IMG/VR virus record: IMGVR_UViG_3300047284_000202
Coordinates: 23,170-87,169 of that record
Strand: one strand, 5' to 3'
Source: a virus
Length of the DNA: 64,000 nucleotides
The stretch's first letter is position 1. Each line of letters opens with the position of its first letter. The notes under the pieces are model-generated. The model was given only the letters and a program-made list of their open reading frames with translations, ran no database searches and was not told the origin of the DNA. Below, piece after piece: positions 35,347 to 43,250 of this stretch. A program made the position numbers and the translations under genes.

Positions 35347-35559
35347 ATGAAAAACATAAACGATCATATTCAAAAGGATCAAAACATTTTAGAAGATCCA
35401 TTAACTTCATCTCAACAGAGAAGACATGTTGAAGATGAATTGCAATCACTAAAAGCATATAAGGATAGGCATCCAAACGATGATCATGATCCATCTCCTC
35501 TAGAACTTTTCTGCGATGAGAATCCAGACGCAAAGGAGTGCAAGGTATTTGATCTATAG
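35347..35559 (+). CDS. cp12: CP12 Calvin-cycle inhibitor
   Basis: RRHVEDEL...HDPSPLELFCDENPDAKECKVF (CP12 C-terminal Cys pair). Confidence 0.9.
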   Translation: MKNINDHIQKDQNILEDPLTSSQQRRHVEDELQSLKAYKDRHPNDDHDPSPLELFCDENPDAKECKVFDL

Positions 35560-35562
35560 GGA

Positions 35563-35591
35563 TTGACACCCAAACCAAAATTTGCTACAAT
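35563..35591 (+). promoter_or_regulatory. Sigma70-type promoter
   Basis: TTGACA-17 nt-TACAAT. Confidence 0.8.
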
Positions 35592-35603
35592 ACTTTCAAA
35601 TCT

Positions 35604-35675
35604 GGGCAATTAACTCAGCGGTAGAGTGCCTCCTTTACACGGAGAAGGTCACTGGTTCGAATCCAGTATTGCCCA
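35604..35675 (+). tRNA. tRNA-Val(TAC)
   Basis: Anticodon loop TTTACAC, acceptor GGGCAAT/ATTGCCC. Confidence 0.95.
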
Positions 35676-35677
35676 TT

Positions 35678-35787
35678 GATAGTAGCAAATTTTTTTATGA
35701 GAAAGTGACTACTATCAGTAGAGCCCAGGAAGGTGCCCCCCGAGAGGGGTGGTGGACCCCCCTTCTATTGGGATGTAGAGTTCAATC
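35678..35787 (+). ncRNA. Structured 5' leader of rlpA (candidate cis-regulatory RNA)
   Basis: TGATAGTAG/CTACTATCA hairpin, then GC-rich CCCAGGAAGG/CCTTCTATTGGG enclosing GCCCC-CCGAGA-GGGGT. Confidence 0.55.
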
Positions 35788-35794
35788 AAAATTA

Positions 35795-36157
35795 ATGCTT
35801 CTTAAAACAGTTTCAATTATTGCTTTTGGTCTTGTCGGACTGGCACCCGTAACAGCAAAAGCAGCGAGCGGATGTTCCCTCGCATCACATTATGGAATCG
35901 GTGATGGATATCATGGGCAGACAACTGCTAACGGAGAACGATATAATGCCTATGGGAAATCGGTAGCACATAAGTGGTTGCCATTTGGTACACGGTTGAG
36001 AGTGACGAATCAACGAAATGGCAAATCCGTGATTGTGCGTGTGAATGATCGTGGTCCTTATGTAGGTGGTAGGGATCTAGATCTATCCTATGGTGCGTTT
36101 TCTACTATTGCTTCACCAAGTCAAGGTGTAGCAAGTATTTGTTACAGTAGAGTTTGA
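35795..36157 (+). CDS. rlpA: RlpA-family (DPBB) lytic transglycosylase with a signal peptide
   Basis: ASHYG...HGQTTANGE...AHKWLPFGT...VRVNDRGPY...RDLDLS. Confidence 0.92.
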   Translation: MLLKTVSIIAFGLVGLAPVTAKAASGCSLASHYGIGDGYHGQTTANGERYNAYGKSVAHKWLPFGTRLRVTNQRNGKSVIVRVNDRGPYVGGRDLDLSYGAFSTIASPSQGVASICYSRV

Positions 36158-36162
36158 TTATC

Positions 36163-36185
36163 GGGAGGGAGACCTCCCTTTTTTT
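36163..36185 (+). terminator. Rho-independent terminator, followed by a late promoter (TATAAATA 36187-36194)
   Basis: GGGAGG-GAGA-CCTCCC followed by a T run. Confidence 0.85.
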
Positions 36186-36221
36186 GTATAAATATTTTGA
36201 CGTAGTAGTAATAAATTCATA

Positions 36222-38654
36222 ATGTCAATTCTTAATGTTCCAGGAAAAGTTGACTATGCTGGCAGAGATGGATTTTTCTGGTGGTTAGGGGAAGTTGAGA
36301 AAGTTGATCTAGGTGAGCATAGATGTAAAGTAAGAGTTATCGGATGGTATACGGGTCACCAAGGTATTGACCCAAAGGACGGAACATCTGGTATTAGAAA
36401 GGAAGCTGGTTATCTCAAAGATATTCCAACTGATGATTTGCCTTGGGCATACATCATGCTGCCAAATGACCAGGAAGGTATTCATAATAGTGGCACCAGA
36501 GTACAGTTACAAGTAGGTGCTATTGTTATTGGATTCTTTGCTGATGGTGAGGAAGCACAAATTCCAATTGTACTTGGAAACATCAAAGGATACAAAACAG
36601 TTCCAGGTACTGTAGTTGCAGATCCAGAGAATAAATTAAACTATCCAGAGAACTCTGCTGCAACTGGCATTACTGATAGAACATCGAAGGATATTGGTAA
36701 TCCACAAACTACTCCATCAACAGCAAATTCACCTGGTGGAGAAACTGGTCCAGGACCATCAAGAGGAGTTCCATCTGTTATTGCTACTGTTGCTCCAGGG
36801 CAAACTCAGACTAACCCAACAAAACCACCAAGTGAAATTAATCCAGTAGCTGATGGCATCATGGGTCCAGCTGGTGCTGGAATGGAGGCAGATCTTAAGA
36901 GAATGCTAGTTGATATTGGACAAGCATTTTCTTCAGTAATTCAAAACGAAAACGGTGAATTCATTTCTATTGTTACTGGTAAAATTGTTAAACTTAATCA
37001 CTTAATTGATAACGTCAGGGCATTCATCAGTAGAGCAATCACTGGTATCATGTCCTGGTTGAAAGAAATCATTGCCAAAATTATTCAAACAATTATTGAT
37101 AAGATTGTTTCCTTAATCTCCACTTTCATTCCTATTGGTGCAACTGTTGCTATTCTTGAATTAATTGAATTTATTCTCAGTTTGTTCTGTAATTTCGAAG
37201 GTGCTTATATTATTGGATATATACGAGGTGCTTTGGGCAATTTGAATGGATTTATTAATAGTGTTGTCAATAATACTTTCAATAAAGTTGCATCACCAGC
37301 AATTGCTCTAGCACAGAAAGCAGAAGAGACTGTTAATAAAGTAATCGGTCAGATTCAGACTGGATTGAATCAAGCAATTCAGACTGGACAAACTCTAGTG
37401 AGTGTAATCAATACAGTTAAAGGTGTAGCAAAAGTTGCATCTTCATTCAAAGATATTTTTAGAGTTGACTTCACTAAATTAAATTGGACAAGCATTGTTT
37501 CAATTATCAAAATGCTTCTCGGTCTTTTGATGAAGAAGGATTGTGGTAGAGAAGCAAAGAGTGCTAAACCGAAGTTCTGGTTACCACTTCTAGGATCTAC
37601 AGAATGTGATGATATTTCTGATGCACTAAAGAATGATTATAAACTTCCAGCAACTAAATCACAATATACAAAAAGCCCTGGGTCAGTAGTATCAAATTAT
37701 TTTGATAATTACTATGTTGGGATGGACCCCAATTTGATGAACATCACTTCTTATTTGAATGGTGCTTACATTCTAAATGATGCAACTCCAGGAAAAGAAA
37801 AGAGAGTCGAACAAGGTCCAGGTGGTGTTAGTAAATTTGAAGACACTAAAGGTAATATTCACCATGCAGTTCCAAACAATGAAACTAAGATCATTGGTAA
37901 GGACTCTTGTGAGACAACCAAAGGACATAAGATTCTAACAATTGAAGGTGATCTAACTCTGAAGGTTATGGGTAACTTTAATCTTGAGGTTGGTGGAACA
38001 GTCAATAAGCATATCTCTGCTGGTATGGATGTTGCCAAGGGTGATACCAAGCAACCTAAGTTAGTTACTACAGAAGCAAGTGATAAGAATATTAACCAAC
38101 AGGGTGACATTACTCTACAGGCACCAAATATTAAACTGACTGCAATTTCTACGATTGGATTGAAAGCAGCAACCATCAAGAACGAAGCAGTTACTATTAA
38201 TAATAGTGCTGATGGTGAGATTCTTAATGAGTGTGGTTGTGAGACAACCCTAGTGAACAGTCTGCAGACCACTATTATAGCACTATTCAACCCATTAGCA
38301 CCAGTTACTGGAAGACTCACCTATATGCAGGGTGCTGATATGACCATCGTACAGGAGAAACTAATTGGTATCCCTGGTGTTCCACCTGTTAAGTTTGATG
38401 TGACACTAGGTGTCAAGCAACCAACAGGATTCATTCGTCTTGCTACTGGTGCTGTGAATGCCTCAAGCATTGATCTATGCCAGGGAGCAACAGCAGCAGC
38501 AGGAAGATTCGTTCAGGGTGGTTCTGGTCTCATCTGTGATGCTAACAACTCTGGTGGTGGTGCTTCAATCTACCACAATGCTATTGGTATCTTTGCTGCA
38601 GGATGTTTGGTTGGTCCTGCTCAATTTTACGGTTTGCCAATCTTCCTGAACTGA
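36222..38654 (+). CDS. gp5: Baseplate hub spike with gp5 N-terminal OB fold and beta-helix; no lysozyme domain seen
   Basis: GRDGFFWWLGEVE...RCKVRVIG...DLPWA...GFFADGEEAQIPIVLG and DATPGKEKR. Confidence 0.88.
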   Translation: MSILNVPGKVDYAGRDGFFWWLGEVEKVDLGEHRCKVRVIGWYTGHQGIDPKDGTSGIRKEAGYLKDIPTDDLPWAYIMLPNDQEGIHNSGTRVQLQVGAIVIGFFADGEEAQIPIVLGNIKGYKTVPGTVVADPENKLNYPENSAATGITDRTSKDIGNPQTTPSTANSPGGETGPGPSRGVPSVIATVAPGQTQTNPTKPPSEINPVADGIMGPAGAGMEADLKRMLVDIGQAFSSVIQNENGEFISIVTGKIVKLNHLIDNVRAFISRAITGIMSWLKEIIAKIIQTIIDKIVSLISTFIPIGATVAILELIEFILSLFCNFEGAYIIGYIRGALGNLNGFINSVVNNTFNKVASPAIALAQKAEETVNKVIGQIQTGLNQAIQTGQTLVSVINTVKGVAKVASSFKDIFRVDFTKLNWTSIVSIIKMLLGLLMKKDCGREAKSAKPKFWLPLLGSTECDDISDALKNDYKLPATKSQYTKSPGSVVSNYFDNYYVGMDPNLMNITSYLNGAYILNDATPGKEKRVEQGPGGVSKFEDTKGNIHHAVPNNETKIIGKDSCETTKGHKILTIEGDLTLKVMGNFNLEVGGTVNKHISAGMDVAKGDTKQPKLVTTEASDKNINQQGDITLQAPNIKLTAISTIGLKAATIKNEAVTINNSADGEILNECGCETTLVNSLQTTIIALFNPLAPVTGRLTYMQGADMTIVQEKLIGIPGVPPVKFDVTLGVKQPTGFIRLATGAVNASSIDLCQGATAAAGRFVQGGSGLICDANNSGGGASIYHNAIGIFAAGCLVGPAQFYGLPIFLN

Positions 38655-38658
38655 CCCC

Positions 38659-38687
38659 TTGACAGCCCCCCAGCACCCTGCTACAAT
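38659..38687 (+). promoter_or_regulatory. Sigma70-type promoter
   Basis: TTGACA-17 nt-TACAAT. Confidence 0.8.
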
Positions 38688-38712
38688 AACCTTGTACCCG
38701 AGGTCAAGACCC

Positions 38713-38910
38713 ATGGAGCCTAATTCCAATTCTACCCTTCACCATGTCGTGATAAATATCAAAGAACGAACCATTGAACTACATGGTGATGATGGTGAAG
38801 TTAAGATTGAAAAATGTTCTTGGGACGAAAGGGGTTGCCAACAGTTCGAGAATATGGTAAAATTCTGTCAAGACACACTTCCCCCTGAGATGAGGACTTA
38901 CGAACTATGA
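38713..38910 (+). CDS. Hypothetical cyanophage protein
   Basis: ATG after GAGG, downstream of the promoter. Confidence 0.65.
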   Translation: MEPNSNSTLHHVVINIKERTIELHGDDGEVKIEKCSWDERGCQQFENMVKFCQDTLPPEMRTYEL

Positions 38911-39167
38911 TGATGACCACTATTACTCCTGAAGAGCTTGCGGGTAACCTGGGTTTTCTGCTAGAATTGGTACAACGAGGTCACACCTTTAAGATCGTAA
39001 AAGAGGGTGCTCGTTCAATTATGTTAACAAGTATTAATAATCCTATGATTCCAGATGTTGAACCTATTCCTTTGACTGGTGTTCCACCTGCTATGGATCT
39101 TGTGCCTGAGACTGAGATCCGTAACTATGTCCATGAAACTCTTGCGGACATACAAAAAGAGATGTAA
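38907..39167 (+). CDS. Phd/YefM antitoxin-like protein
   Basis: N-terminus MTTITPEELAGNLGFLLELVQRGHTFKIVKEG matches the Phd/YefM pattern. Confidence 0.55.
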   Translation: MMMTTITPEELAGNLGFLLELVQRGHTFKIVKEGARSIMLTSINNPMIPDVEPIPLTGVPPAMDLVPETEIRNYVHETLADIQKEM

Positions 39168-39176
39168 TAATCTCTT

Positions 39177-39248
39177 GGGACTGTTGCTTATTGGTTAAAG
39201 CCCACTGCTTATAACGGTGTGAACAGAGTTCAATTCTCTGCAGTCCTA
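39177..39248 (+). tRNA. tRNA-Ile(TAT)
   Basis: Anticodon arm CACTG-CTTATAA-CGGTG, acceptor GGGACTG/CAGTCCT. Confidence 0.9.
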
Positions 39249-39253
39249 CCTAT

Positions 39254-39326
39254 GGGAGTGTAGCCCAGCGGAAGAGGCAAACGACTTAAAATCGTTCAAG
39301 GGTGGGTTCGAATCCCACCACTCCTA
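39254..39326 (+). tRNA. tRNA-Leu(TAA) with a short variable loop
   Basis: Anticodon arm AACGA-CTTAAAA-TCGTT; 73 nt long. Confidence 0.9.
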
Positions 39327-39349
39327 TTGCACATATATAATGTGTAAAT

Positions 39350-39423
39350 GCCTGAGTAGCTCAGCTGGATAGAGCAACGGTTTTGTAAACCGTAGGTCGT
39401 CGGTTCAAGTCCGACCTTGGGCT
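39350..39423 (+). tRNA. tRNA-Thr(TGT)
   Basis: Anticodon arm ACGGT-TTTGTAA-ACCGT. Confidence 0.95.
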
Positions 39424-39477
39424 TTAATGTTCTACAACTTGTATAAATAAAACTGTATGAAAGGAAGGTAATACTAA

Positions 39478-40809
39478 GTGGCAGTTAAAAGAATATCACA
39501 ACTTGCTACAATCTCTGATGCGGCTCTCACTGGAGAAGCAATTCTTCCTGTCGTTGTTTCCGATCCATTACTTCCAAACAGAAAGTCAAAAGTCAGTCAA
39601 CTCTTTCGTGGAGTTGCTGCAGGATCAAAAACAGCACCAGGACTTGCTTTTGACTTAGACCGTGATACGGGATTGTATCAAAATTCGTATAATGAACTTG
39701 GAGTTTCATTTGGAACTGCTTCTCTTTATCACAGAAAGAATAGCAACAGTGATGGTTCAACTACAGTTATTATTGCAGCTGGTGATTCTGTAGCAACTAA
39801 CGTTAATGTCCAGTACCAACCACAAGGTGCTGGATTTTTTACAGTAAATGGTGTTTCTAGATTTACTGATGCAAACTTCTATCTTGTAGACGATACAGAT
39901 CAGAATAAGAGAGCACAGTTTCAGATTTCTGGTATCTCTACTGGTGGTGGTATTAAGACTTTTAACTTACCTTCGGTTGGATCTCAAACAGGTACTACAT
40001 TACTTGGTACTGATACAGCACAGACACTTACAAACAAATCAATTGTAATTGTAGATGCTAACTTACAACTTACTGGATCATTAAATGCAAGTAAAATTGC
40101 AAAATTTGAAGTTGATAGTTGGGATTCTGTTGGCACCAAAACTTATAAATTACCTGACCTAGGTGTGAGTGTAATTGAAGCAGTCTTAGTTGATGATAGA
40201 ACTGTACAATATGTTTCAAATAAATTTTATGTAAATCCTTTGATTAGTGATACACCATCTAATGATCCCCAAAACCCAACACCATATGTTGCATTAGATA
40301 GTGCTAACATTACAGCAAATAGAGTTGCTGTATTTCCAGATCAAAACATTGTATTTGTTGGTGAGGATTCAAACCAAGTTTTAACTAACAAAATTTATAG
40401 AGGTGCAGTTTTTGCTGACACTACAACTCTAAGTAAAAGAGTTACTTTTGATCTTTCGAACTATCTGCCACTACAGAATGCTATTGTTGGATTTCCGTCA
40501 ACAAACCTAAACACTCAAACAACAGAAGTTAACTATTTTGTTTGGGAGAGAGCAAGACAAAACCTATATAATAAAACAGCAGTTGGTTTGACAATTGCTA
40601 GTCCAACGGCACCTGCTTCTAGACAAGTTGTAATTGATACGAGTAACTTGACATCTATTCGTAATATTCAATTTCCAGATGCAGATGCTACATTACTTTC
40701 TACTAATAACGCAGGATCATTGCAGGGAATTTCATTCGGTGGTGCCCTTGGTGCCGATTCCTTTGGTGGTAGATTAAGATTACAAACTTATTTTCAGGCA
40801 GGATGGTAA
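39478..40809 (+). CDS. Virion structural protein (tail or fibre associated)
   Basis: Late promoter TATAAATA at 39443, GTG start, repeated FPD...QTLTNK motifs. Confidence 0.75.
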   Translation: MAVKRISQLATISDAALTGEAILPVVVSDPLLPNRKSKVSQLFRGVAAGSKTAPGLAFDLDRDTGLYQNSYNELGVSFGTASLYHRKNSNSDGSTTVIIAAGDSVATNVNVQYQPQGAGFFTVNGVSRFTDANFYLVDDTDQNKRAQFQISGISTGGGIKTFNLPSVGSQTGTTLLGTDTAQTLTNKSIVIVDANLQLTGSLNASKIAKFEVDSWDSVGTKTYKLPDLGVSVIEAVLVDDRTVQYVSNKFYVNPLISDTPSNDPQNPTPYVALDSANITANRVAVFPDQNIVFVGEDSNQVLTNKIYRGAVFADTTTLSKRVTFDLSNYLPLQNAIVGFPSTNLNTQTTEVNYFVWERARQNLYNKTAVGLTIASPTAPASRQVVIDTSNLTSIRNIQFPDADATLLSTNNAGSLQGISFGGALGADSFGGRLRLQTYFQAGW

Positions 40810-40816
40810 TTAAAAA

Positions 40817-43213
40817 ATGGCAGCAGGAAGACTAGCATCATCAAAACCAGCAGCAACCACTAATACTACGTTGTATTCATGTCCAGTGGGATATGCAGCA
40901 TCTGTAGTATTAAATGTTTGTAACCAGAGTTCCTCAGCAACTTCTTATCGTGTTGCTTTGAGAAATTATACACAAATTATTACAACCAGTGGAAGTTCAC
41001 ATACCTTCAACAGAGGTAATCCAATTTCTACTTATAGAATGACGATTTCTCCAGGAATTTCTATCTCTTCATTTGCACCTGGAGATACATACACCGACAG
41101 CAATACTAAGTGGTCCTTAAAAATTCTTGATATCTATAAAGATACATCTACTATTAATGTAAATACTAAAGTTGCTAGAGTTGGTACAGTAAATTATACA
41201 GACATTAACCCTGCTCTAGCAACTTTTGTGGTAGGTAATACAATTACTGATTCTACCAATGGTTTAACTGCTACCGTTTTGGGTATGAATTCCACTAGTG
41301 CTAGTTTGTATATTCAATTAGAGCCTCTTTCTACATCTGCTACAACTTTAAAACTTGCGTCTGCACCCGCATACATTGCTGCAGGAACTAATGAGTTCTT
41401 GGCAATTCCAAGTGGAACATCGTATGAAATTGTTAGAGTAAGTGCTTGGACTGCTGCTACCTATACAGCAACGATTGTTAGGGCTCAGCAAGGAACCACT
41501 GCTGCTGCTATTTTGCCTTCTTCAAATGCAATCTCACTTACATTAACTGCAACTACTAAAACTATTAATGAGGGTGCAGTATTTAGTGATACGGATACTG
41601 CTTTAACACTAAGTGATGCTACGGGATTATTCACTGGTGACTACTTAAAAGTTGATAATGAGTTTCTTCTTGTGCAAACTGTTGATACTGGTACATCAAC
41701 TGTAAATGTGCTTAGAGGGCAGTTATCGTCAACAGCTGCTACGCATACTGACGGTGCAACTGTAACTAGAATTTCAAATAATGGTACTGTATATGCACAT
41801 TACTTTGGTGACACTCCAACTCCAGCAGCTGCTACAAAGAATTATACTCTAACTGCTAATTTAACAAACGATTTTGTATTCTCTGGTGATGCTACAGGAA
41901 ATGATCCTACAATTACTGTTAATGTTGGAGATACTTTGAATTTTGTCAATAATGTAGCTGGAGCTCCACTACACATTACTAATACTGCTGGTGCGTACAA
42001 CGTTGCAAATCTAGTTTCGACTGGTGTAACTGGTGATGGTGCAAATGGAGGAGCAACATTAACTTGGGATACAACTGGATTGCCTGCTGGAACTTATTTT
42101 TATGTCAATGAGTTTCAGTCCACGATGCAAGGTCAAATTGTTGTAGTTGTACCATCCACAAATCCAACAATTTCTAATGGAACGACAACTGCAAGAATTA
42201 GCACAACACCTACTACCTTCAATTCATCGAATGAGTTTATTCACGATTTCAATGGTGATGGAAGTTATGAATGGGATTCTGAAGGATTTAGTCTAGATCT
42301 AGGTAGAATTTATAGATTTAGTCAATCTGATTCTTCAAATACTGCTCATCCTTTTGTATTTTCTGATCAAGTTTCATTAACACCAGTGTATACAACTGGT
42401 GTAATTACATCTGGTACACCAGGATCTGCTGGAGCATATACTCAGATTGACTTGACTGCTTCATCACCAACGGTGTTGTATTCACTATCAACAAGTACTG
42501 GTGAAAGTGGATATGGATCTAGTTTCAACGTTAACAATGATCCTCTCTATACTCAGATTTATGTTTATGATGTATCAGCAACACCAACGGCTGCTGATAC
42601 CTTTACTAGTGGTATTACAACTACAACCACTCAAACTATCTCTGCAGTACAACCTGGACCCTATGGTTATGTTCAAGAATTTAGTGGAACCACATTGAAG
42701 GTTTCTCTAGGAAATAAATCAACTCCATTTACAACATACACAACTTCAATTACTGGAACTTCTGGGCAATTCACAATTACTGTTGGTTCAAATGCAAATC
42801 TTGCAGTTGGTATGGCAGTGTCTGGAACTGGAGTTGCCACGGGTGCAAAAATTACAAATATCTCTGGAACAACAGTTACACTTGACATTGTAAATTCTGG
42901 TGCTGTTTCTGGTACAGGAACATTTAATTATACTTTCCTAGATACTCCATTGACAGTAGCAGGAACAAAATCTATTGCAACTGTTAGTTCTATTACTGAT
43001 GTGGATGTTGCTGATTATATCTTATATGATAAATCAATTTCTGGAAATGTAACTGATAAGAATAGTGGTATTGTTGTTGGTCCAGGATCTAGCATCATGG
43101 TTTATTCTACTGCCAATACACTTAGTTACGTTGTTAATGGTTTTGAGGATGTCACAAGTGATTGGACAACAGTTCAATATGAATATACCTCACAAGGTAC
43201 TACAGCTCCTTAA
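40817..43213 (+). CDS. Virion structural or fibre protein
   Basis: Thr/Ser-rich beta repeats, with a cupredoxin-like segment DPTITVNVGDTLNF...GTYFY...MQGQI. Confidence 0.7.
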   Translation: MAAGRLASSKPAATTNTTLYSCPVGYAASVVLNVCNQSSSATSYRVALRNYTQIITTSGSSHTFNRGNPISTYRMTISPGISISSFAPGDTYTDSNTKWSLKILDIYKDTSTINVNTKVARVGTVNYTDINPALATFVVGNTITDSTNGLTATVLGMNSTSASLYIQLEPLSTSATTLKLASAPAYIAAGTNEFLAIPSGTSYEIVRVSAWTAATYTATIVRAQQGTTAAAILPSSNAISLTLTATTKTINEGAVFSDTDTALTLSDATGLFTGDYLKVDNEFLLVQTVDTGTSTVNVLRGQLSSTAATHTDGATVTRISNNGTVYAHYFGDTPTPAAATKNYTLTANLTNDFVFSGDATGNDPTITVNVGDTLNFVNNVAGAPLHITNTAGAYNVANLVSTGVTGDGANGGATLTWDTTGLPAGTYFYVNEFQSTMQGQIVVVVPSTNPTISNGTTTARISTTPTTFNSSNEFIHDFNGDGSYEWDSEGFSLDLGRIYRFSQSDSSNTAHPFVFSDQVSLTPVYTTGVITSGTPGSAGAYTQIDLTASSPTVLYSLSTSTGESGYGSSFNVNNDPLYTQIYVYDVSATPTAADTFTSGITTTTTQTISAVQPGPYGYVQEFSGTTLKVSLGNKSTPFTTYTTSITGTSGQFTITVGSNANLAVGMAVSGTGVATGAKITNISGTTVTLDIVNSGAVSGTGTFNYTFLDTPLTVAGTKSIATVSSITDVDVADYILYDKSISGNVTDKNSGIVVGPGSSIMVYSTANTLSYVVNGFEDVTSDWTTVQYEYTSQGTTAP

Positions 43214-43250
43214 TTTAAGATTATTTCCGAAATCTCTAGGGTAAAATAAT

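Noticed and set aside
7816-38320. Long antisense ORFs opposite psbA, the porin, the tape-measure-like genes and gp5
   Set aside because: These are shadow frames of strongly biased coding sequence, with no RBS, motifs or promoter support.
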